Shown here piece by piece: positions 1 to 7,449 of a stretch of DNA of 64,000 nucleotides. A model generated the notes under the pieces. That model did not search any database. It worked only from the letters and a program-made list of their open reading frames with translations, and had not been told where the DNA came from. Location of the stretch: assembly GCA_002687895.1 (NCBI GenBank), contig NZBL01000003.1:20821-84820 (forward strand), given 5' to 3'. The position numbers were made by a program, and so were the translations under genes. The DNA comes from a bacterium. GTDB taxonomy: Bacteria; Patescibacteriota; Patescibacteriia; UBA2169. Within the stretch, counting starts at the first letter, position 1, and every line of letters starts with the position of its first letter.

Positions 1-37
1 TGTAATGCAAATACAATTTAAGCGTCTAATTAGGTAG

Positions 38-2245
38 ATGAATACAAAAGTTTTAATCACAATTGCGATTGCGCTAATATTGGCAGTGCCGAGTATGGCA
101 CAAGCTAGATTTTATGATCCAAACGATATTTTAACTGATGCAGAATTAAATGATGGAAATGCCTTGTCGCGAACTGCGATTCAAAGATTTTTAGATCAAA
201 AAGGCAGTGTATTAAGAAATACAACAGCACTTGTTAATGGAGTTCCAAAGCTGGTAAGCGAAATGATATATGAATTAGGTCAATCTTATGGGATTAGCCA
301 AAAGTTTTTATTGGCTAAACTTCAGCAAGAACAAGGTCTGATAGAAAAGTCTACAGCATCTGATACTAAATTAGATTGGGCAACAGGATATTCTTGCTTT
401 AGTGGTCGATGCAATGAAAAATATAGGGGAATCTATAAGCAATTAGATGCTGCCGCGGACGTGCAAAGGATTTATAATGAACGCAGCCAGTCAGCAGGAT
501 ATTTTGGTTATCAAAAGGATAAAGAAACTAAAACAAGGGATGGTTTTACAGTAAAGCCCGAAAATCAAGCAACTACAAATCTGTATATTTATACGCCATA
601 CAAAGGATCCTTATCTGGAATAGGAGGCAATTTCTTTTTCTCTAGAGTATGGAACCAATATTTTACAGAACGAATATATCCAGATGGCGCGCTTTTGCGA
701 GATAGCGCAACTGGCGAGTATTGGAAAATTAAGAATAACAAAAGAAGGCAGTATATAACTGACGCAATCTACTTATCTGATCATGCGCCCGAAGACGCTA
801 TCACTGTTCCATCAGAGCGTCTTGTTTATTATCAAATAGGCGAGCCTATTACAATTACAAACAATACTGTGGTCAAAACAAATGATTCTGGAGTTATGTA
901 CCTTTTGTCAGATGGATTAAAGCACCGTTTAGTAGGAAGCAGTGCTTTAGCATCTTTGGGATATCATATTGCAGATACTAGCTCTATTACTCCTACTATT
1001 ATTTCCAAAAACGAACTTAATGATCTAGAAGAAGGCGAACCAATTACAGAACAATCACTATACCCAACTGGAATACTTGTAAAAAGCGATGGACCTAGTA
1101 TTTTTTATGTTAAGCACAGTATTAAGCAATTGCTTTTAGATGAAGCAGTATGGCAGGAAAATTTTAATAAGGAGGAGCCTGTGTATGTATCGCAGTCTGT
1201 TTTAGACGGTTTTACTCTTGGAGATCCACTAAGCCTGAATGAAGGCAGCTTGGTAAAGTCAAAAGACGGCAAATACTATACAATTTCCAATAATAAAATA
1301 AAGAGAATTGCTAGTGCTGATATTGTAAAGCGAGTATATGGAATAGCAAGCTTCAATATAGTTCCAGAAGCAAGCGATGAATTGCTTGAATTAACAGATG
1401 CTGGAGATCCAATTGAATATATTGATGATACAGTAGAAGACCCTATAAATTATATTTCCTATGCTGATCGCCAGCAAAATGTAACAATACAAAAAAATCC
1501 ATATTTTGCATTGTTTGATACTTTGATAGCGCCAAAGAGCATGCTTGCGGGCGCAAATTCAACAGTCACGGTCAAATTCAGGAATAGGGGTGATGTGAAT
1601 TGGCCAGCAGGTCAGGTCTATTTAAAATTAATTGATGAAAATCATCCTACAAGTTCGTTTATAGAAAATAATAGAATTCCTTTGGATACAACAGCTACTT
1701 ATAACCGCTTAGCAATGTTTGATGTAGGAATTACCGCGCCAATTGAACCTCAAAAAATCAAGCAATGGTTTATTTTGGAATATACAGATTCAAGCGGAAC
1801 TATTGTAGAAATGCCAGGTGGGCTTCTAAATCAGGAGATCAACGTGATATCTGATGTATCAGCAGAAGTTGTTGAACATGATCTTCCAGTTGCAATTAAA
1901 GCCAATTCACGGCCAAAGCAAGTTGAAATTCATTTAAAGAACAACAGCCGCAATCAAGTTTGGACATCCCGCCGAGCTGCACTTACACTTAAAGGCGGAG
2001 ATGATACAGAATCTGTATTTTATGATCCAGGAGATTGGATAGATAATGAAACAGTCGGAGTTCCAATTAATCAGACGCTAATTCGCCCGGGTGAAACTGG
2101 AACAATTAAATTCACTCTTGATCCCCGCAATGTACGTCCAGCAATTTATAAACTTGTATTTTCCATGGAATTAAGAGATATAGAAGAAACAGTATATATA
2201 AATGGCGAACAATTTTGGGAGCGCTTAATTAGGGTTGATAAATAA
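38..2245 (+). CDS. Secreted repeat protein with N-terminal signal peptide; N-terminal domain has a GH73/glucosaminidase-like A-x4-E-x-G motif (AKLQQEQGL ... LDWATGY); C-terminal part built of ~45-50 aa tandem repeats centred on G-[DE]-P-[IL]; paralog of 12710..14140
   Basis: ORF track 735 aa; signal-peptide-like N-terminus MNTKVLITIAIALILAVPSMAQA; N-terminal ~180 aa align by eye with ORF 12710..14140 (FYDPNDILTDAELNDGNALSRTAIQRFLDQKGS vs DFNQNNIISDFELEDYNSLSLDSIQRFLEQKGS); repeated motifs YQIGEPITIT / LEEGEPITEQSLYPTGILVKSDGPSIFYV / FTLGDPLSL / TDAGDPIEY. Confidence 0.55.
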   Translation: MNTKVLITIAIALILAVPSMAQARFYDPNDILTDAELNDGNALSRTAIQRFLDQKGSVLRNTTALVNGVPKLVSEMIYELGQSYGISQKFLLAKLQQEQGLIEKSTASDTKLDWATGYSCFSGRCNEKYRGIYKQLDAAADVQRIYNERSQSAGYFGYQKDKETKTRDGFTVKPENQATTNLYIYTPYKGSLSGIGGNFFFSRVWNQYFTERIYPDGALLRDSATGEYWKIKNNKRRQYITDAIYLSDHAPEDAITVPSERLVYYQIGEPITITNNTVVKTNDSGVMYLLSDGLKHRLVGSSALASLGYHIADTSSITPTIISKNELNDLEEGEPITEQSLYPTGILVKSDGPSIFYVKHSIKQLLLDEAVWQENFNKEEPVYVSQSVLDGFTLGDPLSLNEGSLVKSKDGKYYTISNNKIKRIASADIVKRVYGIASFNIVPEASDELLELTDAGDPIEYIDDTVEDPINYISYADRQQNVTIQKNPYFALFDTLIAPKSMLAGANSTVTVKFRNRGDVNWPAGQVYLKLIDENHPTSSFIENNRIPLDTTATYNRLAMFDVGITAPIEPQKIKQWFILEYTDSSGTIVEMPGGLLNQEINVISDVSAEVVEHDLPVAIKANSRPKQVEIHLKNNSRNQVWTSRRAALTLKGGDDTESVFYDPGDWIDNETVGVPINQTLIRPGETGTIKFTLDPRNVRPAIYKLVFSMELRDIEETVYINGEQFWERLIRVDK

Positions 2246-2651
2246 TATGTCAAACTCAATTGTTAAGGCAATTATATTTTCCAAGCCAATGATTATAGTT
2301 GAAATTGGAATTTTAATAGTTATTGGGTTTAGCGCTGGAAAAGAATATTTAGAAAAAAGGGCAATAGAAGAGGAAATAGCTCATTTAGAAACTGAAATAG
2401 GAAAATTAGAAAACCAAAAAGATGATCTTGGAGCTTTGATTAAATATGTTCGAACTGACGCATTTGTGCAGCAGCAAGCAAGAGAAAAGCTTAATCTAAC
2501 AGCCCAAGGAGAATCAGTAGTAGTTATTCCAGAAGTTGACGCAGATTCAAGTGATTTTTATGCTTCAAATGAATCAGAAAAAGGCTTGGTTTTGGGAGAA
2601 TCCAGCTTAAAAATCTGGTGGGAGTATTTTTTTGATCAAGAAAGCTTATAA
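2235..2651 (+). CDS. FtsB/DivIC-like septum formation initiator (single TM + coiled coil)
   Basis: 138 aa; TM segment IIVEIGILIVIGF, coiled coil EEEIAHLETEIGKLENQKDDL, C-terminal motif TDAFVQQQAREKLNLTAQGESVVVIP typical of FtsB/DivIC family. Confidence 0.55.
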   Translation: MINNMSNSIVKAIIFSKPMIIVEIGILIVIGFSAGKEYLEKRAIEEEIAHLETEIGKLENQKDDLGALIKYVRTDAFVQQQAREKLNLTAQGESVVVIPEVDADSSDFYASNESEKGLVLGESSLKIWWEYFFDQESL

Positions 2652-2659
2652 TAACAATC

Positions 2660-3580
2660 ATGAGCATATTTAAGAATAAAAAAATTAAAAATACTATAAT
2701 TGGAGCAGGAATTATAATATTTATTGTCATAATATTTGGAATTGGAATATACCGCGCCCAATGGCAGTCAAATATTGCTTATGTTGCCGCCAGAATTATT
2801 CCTTATCCTGCTATTTTGGTTGATTGGGAATTTATTCCATTGCATATATATATAAATGATCTTCAAACTCTTAATAAGTATTGGAATTTCCAGCGCGACA
2901 ACACAAATATTCTTTTGGGCATACCTAACCAAAATGAGATTAGAGAGCGCTTGATAAATAAGCTGATTACTGAAAAAATCATTCATATTTGGGCGCGCAA
3001 GAACAGAATTCAAGTTTCAGATGAAGAGCTGTATTTGGAATGGGAAAGGCTAAAAACAAAGCCTGGAGGAGAGGAGGAAATCACACAGTTTTTAGATGAC
3101 GCATATGGGTGGAGCGATAAAAAATTTATAGATCGGGTATTGCATCCTTTTCTGCTTCAGCAAAAAGTAAAAGCAGCGCTTTTGCAGGAGCGCGGAGAAA
3201 CTGATGAAACAATAAAGGAAGATGCGTTGGAAATATACGTACTAGCAATAGAACAGGGAGCTGATTTTAGCGAGCTTGCTAAACAGTATTCTTATGACGC
3301 TATATCAGGACCAAAGGGAGGTGATCTTGGATATTTTGGAAGGGGAACCCTTGAGCCTCAGCTAGAATCAGCTATTTTTGATATGGAAATTGGCCAGATT
3401 AGCAAGCCAATAAAATCCTCTTTTGGGTATCACATAGTAAAGTTGGAGGATCTATTATATAGTGATACGGGCGTAGCAACTAAGGCGCGTGCAAGCCATA
3501 TTTTGATAAGAGGGTTTGATTTTAACGAGTGGATAGAAAAGCAAAAACAAGAACTAGCTATTTATAGGCTAGTAATATAG
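2660..3580 (+). CDS. PpiC/parvulin-type peptidyl-prolyl cis-trans isomerase (PrsA/SurA-like), N-terminal TM anchor
   Basis: 306 aa; parvulin motifs ASHILI and SFGYHIVKLED, GPKGGDLGYFGRG; N-terminal hydrophobic anchor. Confidence 0.7.
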   Translation: MSIFKNKKIKNTIIGAGIIIFIVIIFGIGIYRAQWQSNIAYVAARIIPYPAILVDWEFIPLHIYINDLQTLNKYWNFQRDNTNILLGIPNQNEIRERLINKLITEKIIHIWARKNRIQVSDEELYLEWERLKTKPGGEEEITQFLDDAYGWSDKKFIDRVLHPFLLQQKVKAALLQERGETDETIKEDALEIYVLAIEQGADFSELAKQYSYDAISGPKGGDLGYFGRGTLEPQLESAIFDMEIGQISKPIKSSFGYHIVKLEDLLYSDTGVATKARASHILIRGFDFNEWIEKQKQELAIYRLVI

Positions 3581-3775
3581 CTGGAGTGTCTTTATGACTC
3601 TGCTCGAACTTACTTTATCAAAAATTCCTGACTTTTGGAAGCCCGCCACCAGCCGCCGCAAAGCGGCGGCCTGCCTCGCAGAAAAATTGCCTTACCTTTT
3701 TTGATTTTGCGCGCGCCGAGCGGCAAGGATCCATCAGGGCAAAATCAATGGGCGGCTCTGCACTTTCTCTAAAAC

Positions 3776-3850
3776 TGGAGCAGGTGACGGGATTTGAACC
3801 CGCGATCTTCTGCTTGGGAAGCAGACGTTCTACCACTGAACTACACCTGC
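3776..3850 (-). tRNA. tRNA-Gly (anticodon CCC)
   Basis: Reverse complement GCAGGTGTAGTTCAGTGGTAGAACGTCTGCTTCCCAAGCAGAAGATCGCGGGTTCAAATCCCGTCACCTGCTCCA: 7-bp acceptor stem, GTTCAAATCC T-arm, anticodon loop TTCCCAA, encoded CCA. Confidence 0.85.
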
Positions 3851-3852
3851 AT

Positions 3853-3928
3853 GGAGCCACCTCCCGGAGTCGAACCGGGGACCTACGCATTACGAGTGCG
3901 TCGCTCTAACCATCTGAGCTAAGGTGGC
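3853..3928 (-). tRNA. tRNA-Thr (anticodon CGT)
   Basis: Reverse complement GCCACCTTAGCTCAGATGGTTAGAGCGACGCACTCGTAATGCGTAGGTCCCCGGTTCGACTCCGGGAGGTGGCTCCA: cloverleaf with anticodon loop CTCGTAA, GGTTCGACTCC T-arm, encoded CCA. Confidence 0.85.
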
Positions 3929-3940
3929 TCGTTGTAGTCA

Positions 3941-3988
3941 CACGAAAGCTTACAGAAGCCAGCAAGCTGGCTTCTGTAAGCTTTCGTG
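3941..3988. repeat. Perfect 22-bp inverted repeat (hairpin) immediately adjacent to the 5' end of tRNA-Thr, in the divergent region before ftsE
   Basis: cacgaaagcttacagaagccag-caag-ctggcttctgtaagctttcgtg; no flanking T-run on either strand. Confidence 0.6.
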
Positions 3989-4116
3989 CGCCTACCCCTC
4001 TAAATTCACCACTTAACCTCGCAAGCTCAGCCCAAGTGGTGAGTTGTAGAATCTAGGAACCAGTGTGTTTATGTGTTATAATATAGTATGCTACACTGAT
4101 TAGGTCAATTAATATT

Positions 4117-4797
4117 ATGGTAAGTTTCAAGAACGTAAGTAAAATTTATACTGGCCATCAAACAGCGCTTAAGAATGTAAATCTACATATAGAGCCTGGC
4201 GAGTTTGTCTCAATTGTCGGGCAAAGCGGAACAGGAAAAACAACTCTAGTTAAGCTGATTTTAGCGGAAGAGCGCCCCAGCCACGGCAAAATAAGCATAG
4301 GAGGATGGGATATTACAGATATAAAACACAGGGAAATCCCTACTTTGCGCAAGCAAATTGGAGTTGTGTTTCAGGATTTTAAGCTTTTACAAAGAAAAAC
4401 ATTGTTTGAAAATGTTGCTTTTGCCTTAGAAGTCGGCGGAGAGCAGCATAGCAATATTTATGAAATAGTTCCTCAAGTACTAAGGATTGTAGGATTAGAA
4501 GGAAAAATGGACAGGTTTCCGCATCAGATTTCCGGAGGAGAGCAGCAAAGAGTAGTTGTTGCGCGTTCGCTCGCGCACAGGCCCAAGATTCTAGTTGCGG
4601 ATGAGCCAACAGGAAATCTAGATTCAATTAATTCCCGCGACATAATTGAGCTATTAAAAAAAATAAATGATTTCGGCACAACAGTTATTTTAGTTACTCA
4701 CAACAGAGAGGTTGTAAATGAGCTGCATCGCAGGGTTATTACTTTGGAGGATGGAGTTGTTATAAGCGACAAGCAAAGAGGCAAGTATTTATTATAA
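4117..4797 (+). CDS. ftsE: Cell division ABC ATPase FtsE
   Basis: 226 aa; Walker A GQSGTGKTT, ABC signature ISGGEQQRVVVARSL, Walker B ILVADEPTGNLD; followed immediately by FtsX-like permease. Confidence 0.85.
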   Translation: MVSFKNVSKIYTGHQTALKNVNLHIEPGEFVSIVGQSGTGKTTLVKLILAEERPSHGKISIGGWDITDIKHREIPTLRKQIGVVFQDFKLLQRKTLFENVAFALEVGGEQHSNIYEIVPQVLRIVGLEGKMDRFPHQISGGEQQRVVVARSLAHRPKILVADEPTGNLDSINSRDIIELLKKINDFGTTVILVTHNREVVNELHRRVITLEDGVVISDKQRGKYLL

Positions 4798-4798
4798 T

Positions 4799-5719
4799 AT
4801 GATATTTCTTTCAATATCCAGGATTGCGAAATTTTCACTGCAGAATTTTTTTAGAAATATCTGGCTTTCTTTGGTTACTATTACAATCATAGTGCTTACT
4901 TTATTCAGCGTTACATCCTTGGTATTTGTCAACGCGGTCATGAACCAGGCAATTAAGTTGGTTGAATCAAAAGTAGATGTAAGCGTGTATTTTAAGCCTA
5001 CTGTAATAGAAGAGCAGATTGTGGCTGTGCAGTCTAATCTTGTTGAATTGCCATATGTCAAAGAAGTGCGCCATGTAACAAAATCACAGGCCTTGGCAGG
5101 CCTGCGCGAGCAATATAAGGACAGCCCCTTAATTTTAGAATCATTAAAGGAGCTGGGTAATAATCCCTTAGGAGATACTTTAATAGTAAATACTTATGAA
5201 ACGCAGGATTACCAAAAAGTAATTGATATATTAAAAGCAACTCCAGAGTACGCTGTTTTAATTGACAGCCAAAGCTTTGATGACAACAGCTATATCATAG
5301 ACAAGCTGGAGCAGATTTCTAAGCAAGTTACAGGAATTGGATGGGGAGTTACTGTCTTTTTCGCCTTAATATCATTATTAGTTATTGTCAACACAATTAG
5401 AATTGCCATATATACTCACCGCGATGAAATAGGCATTATGAAGCTTGTTGGCGCTTCTAATACTTTTGTGCGTGGCCCATTTATTGGAGAAGCAATTTTG
5501 TACGCGATATTAGGAAGCATTATAACATTTGGATTAACTTATATAGTTGCTGGATTTAGCGATCCATATATAGTAGGGTTGCTTGGCAAGACTGATTTTA
5601 CTTTGCTTAACTATCTAAATGCAAATGTATTATATATATTTGGAGGAGAGCTTATAGGAATTACATTAATATCAGTTATAGCTACTTCGCTTGCATTGCG
5701 CAGGTATATGCGTATATAA
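4799..5719 (+). CDS. ftsX: Cell division permease-like protein FtsX
   Basis: 306 aa; N-terminal TM, large extracellular loop, three C-terminal TMs; adjacent to ftsE. Confidence 0.75.
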   Translation: MIFLSISRIAKFSLQNFFRNIWLSLVTITIIVLTLFSVTSLVFVNAVMNQAIKLVESKVDVSVYFKPTVIEEQIVAVQSNLVELPYVKEVRHVTKSQALAGLREQYKDSPLILESLKELGNNPLGDTLIVNTYETQDYQKVIDILKATPEYAVLIDSQSFDDNSYIIDKLEQISKQVTGIGWGVTVFFALISLLVIVNTIRIAIYTHRDEIGIMKLVGASNTFVRGPFIGEAILYAILGSIITFGLTYIVAGFSDPYIVGLLGKTDFTLLNYLNANVLYIFGGELIGITLISVIATSLALRRYMRI

Positions 5720-5733
5720 TGCATAGCTATTAT

Positions 5734-5807
5734 TCGGGGATCGTCTAATGGTAGGACGCCAGGTTTTGGTCCTGGTAATCGGGGTTCAAATCCCTGTCCC
5801 CGAGCCA
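5734..5807 (+). tRNA. tRNA-Gln (anticodon TTG)
   Basis: TCGGGGATCGTCTAATGGTAGGACGCCAGGTTTTGGTCCTGGTAATCGGGGTTCAAATCCCTGTCCCCGAGCCA: acceptor stem TCGGGGA/TCCCCGA, anticodon loop TTTTGGT, T-arm GGTTCAAATCC, encoded CCA. Confidence 0.8.
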
Positions 5808-5811
5808 GGAA

Positions 5812-5843
5812 TTTAAAGGCCGCCTTTGGGTGGTTTTTTTGCT
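5812..5843 (+). terminator. Rho-independent terminator after tRNA-Gln
   Basis: aaaggccgcctttgggtggttttttt: GC hairpin (one G-U) followed by T7. Confidence 0.5.
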
Positions 5844-5855
5844 TGCAAATTTAGG

Positions 5856-5890
5856 GTTGACTAGATTATAAAAATATGTTATTATATTTT
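5856..5890 (+). promoter_or_regulatory. Sigma70-like promoter (TTGACT - 17 bp - TATTAT)
   Basis: ttgactagattataaaaatatgttattatat read directly from the sequence. Confidence 0.5.
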
Positions 5891-6119
5891 ACTCGTGAGT
5901 ATTGTACATTGAAAACAACCACATAGCCAAAAAATTTGGCTTAAAAGAAAAGCTTTATCATGAGCTTGAAAGAGGATTTTTTCAAAGTCGTAGGAGATCC
6001 AAGTTTCGTTAGTAGGTTATTCAGAGATTTGGATAATGCCAGAGGGTTTTTAGAGGAGCTTCCAAATACCATATGCGAGACACCCATTTTAATTATGCTA
6101 TAATATAAAGATAAGATTT

Positions 6120-6869
6120 ATGAAAAATACAAAACAAGAGATCATAAAAGAATTAAAACAAGTACATAAAAGCGGTGGTGCAATGGAGAAGTATCACAAA
6201 ACAGGCTCTGGAGCCTATTTAAGGGATATGGTATATGGAGCAAATGACGGAATCATCACTACATTCGCGGTTGTTGCTGGAGTTGCTGGAGCTGGATTAG
6301 ACACTAAAATTGTTTTGATTTTAGGAATAGCAAACTTAGTTGCGGATGGATTTGCCATGGCAACTGGAAACTTTCTTGGCACTAGAAGCGAAAATCAGCT
6401 AATTAAGCGCGAAAGAGAAATGGAGGAATGGGAAATTGAGCATATTCCAGAGGAAGAAAAAAAGGAGATTCAGGCAATCTACGCAAAAAAAGGATTTAAA
6501 GGGAATGACCTTAAGCGAGCGACGCAGATTATTACCAGCAACAAAGAGGCATGGATAGATGAGATGATGATTCATGAGCTTGGAACTGTGCCAGGCGAGG
6601 AAGATCATCCTTTTAAAAATGGCGTGGCAACATTTATTGCGTTTGTAATTGCTGGTTTTTTGCCTTTAGTGCCTTATATATTTGCCTTGGGAAATACTTT
6701 TTACACCGCGATTATTATGACCGTGTTCGCATTATTTGTTGTTGGTGCGCTCCGCAATATTTTCACAAAACAAAATATCATCATTGCAGGGTTAGAAATG
6801 CTTGGAGTTGGGGCAATTGCTGCTGTAGTTGCATATGGCCTAGGATATTGGATTGAAACCTTTGTGTAA
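6120..6869 (+). CDS. VIT1/CCC1-family membrane protein (MbfA-like Fe/Mn transporter)
   Basis: 249 aa; [17 protein letters not shown] motif typical of the VIT family, soluble central E/K-rich segment, C-terminal TM helices. Confidence 0.65.
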   Translation: MKNTKQEIIKELKQVHKSGGAMEKYHKTGSGAYLRDMVYGANDGIITTFAVVAGVAGAGLDTKIVLILGIANLVADGFAMATGNFLGTRSENQLIKREREMEEWEIEHIPEEEKKEIQAIYAKKGFKGNDLKRATQIITSNKEAWIDEMMIHELGTVPGEEDHPFKNGVATFIAFVIAGFLPLVPYIFALGNTFYTAIIMTVFALFVVGALRNIFTKQNIIIAGLEMLGVGAIAAVVAYGLGYWIETFV

Positions 6870-6879
6870 AACTTAGTTT

Positions 6880-6910
6880 TATTTATGAGGAAACAGAATA
6901 TAACTCTGTT
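6880..6910 (+). terminator. Rho-independent terminator of the VIT-family gene
   Basis: aacagaatataactctgtt hairpin followed by T8. Confidence 0.6.
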
Positions 6911-6956
6911 TTTTTTATGCTTGATTATATGAGCCTAAATATGTTATATTATTGAG

Positions 6957-7385
6957 TCATTTGAAAGGCAAATGATTAAACCTTAAAAATTGAAATGCAT
7001 ATATCTTGGGAGGTGTTATCGTGAAATATGCAAACGTGGTATTGGCATTTATGCTGCTGATTTTTAGTATGCTGTCGTGCGGGGACAAAGGTCCTCCAAC
7101 AGGGCCTGTGCCAGGGAAAGAAGACACGCAACCTGACTCCTGTTTCCAATAGATCGTGGATACCACAAACTTGTCTACCTGATCATCCGCAACCACAATT
7201 TCGACCTTAATCTTAGGGTTAAAGTCAATAACATATTCAGCTCCGCAGTACACCTCTGAACGGCCTCTTTGTTGGCCATATCCTTTTACCTCACCTACGG
7301 TCATTCCAAAGATGCCTGGTTTGTTTAGTGCATCTTTTAGCTCATCAAGAGCATTTGGCCGCAAGATGGCTACTACCATTTTCAT
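6957..7385 (-). CDS. P-II (GlnB/GlnK) family protein with canonical N-terminal 75 aa (T-loop and Tyr present) but a non-canonical C-terminal half (no RTGxxGDGKIFV B-loop); possible pseudogene or rearranged gene
   Basis: MKMVVAILRPNALDELKDALNKPGIFGMTVGEVKGYGQQRGRSEVYCGAEYVIDFNPKIKVEIVVADDQVDKFV matches P-II residues 1-75; none of the three frames downstream encodes the conserved B/C-loop region. Confidence 0.5.
   Translation of the reverse strand: MKMVVAILRPNALDELKDALNKPGIFGMTVGEVKGYGQQRGRSEVYCGAEYVIDFNPKIKVEIVVADDQVDKFVVSTIYWKQESGCVSSFPGTGPVGGPLSPHDSILKISSINANTTFAYFTITPPKIYAFQFLRFNHLPFK
7021..7152 (+). CDS. Small ORF (43 codons, GTG start) encoding a signal-peptide-like N-terminus and a Pro/Gly-rich tail with two Cys; antisense to the 3' half of the P-II-like ORF
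   Basis: Strong SD gggagg 7 nt upstream of GTG; peptide VKYANVVLAFMLLIFSMLSCGDKGPPTGPVPGKEDTQPDSCFQ; local GC higher than the surroundings. Confidence 0.35.
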   Translation: MKYANVVLAFMLLIFSMLSCGDKGPPTGPVPGKEDTQPDSCFQ

Positions 7386-7449
7386 GTCATTACTCCTTTA
7401 CATGAGTTTAAATTGACAAGGTGCCTTGCTATAAAGCTACTATTATGGC

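Noticed and set aside
2524-3013. Short antisense ORFs (68 and 81 aa) inside the ftsB-like/PPIase genes
   Set aside because: Low-complexity AT-rich translations (Ile/Phe/Asn runs) typical of antisense frames in AT-rich DNA.
3618-3890. 90-aa ORF on the minus strand (Arg/Ala/Pro-rich)
   Set aside because: It runs through both tRNA genes and the GC-rich hairpins; the composition-driven open frame is an artefact of the GC-rich RNA-coding segment.
5862-6119. Looked for a yybP-ykoY Mn riboswitch upstream of the VIT/MbfA-like transporter
   Set aside because: No GGGGAGUAG...GACAUGA-type conserved cores recognisable; not claimed.
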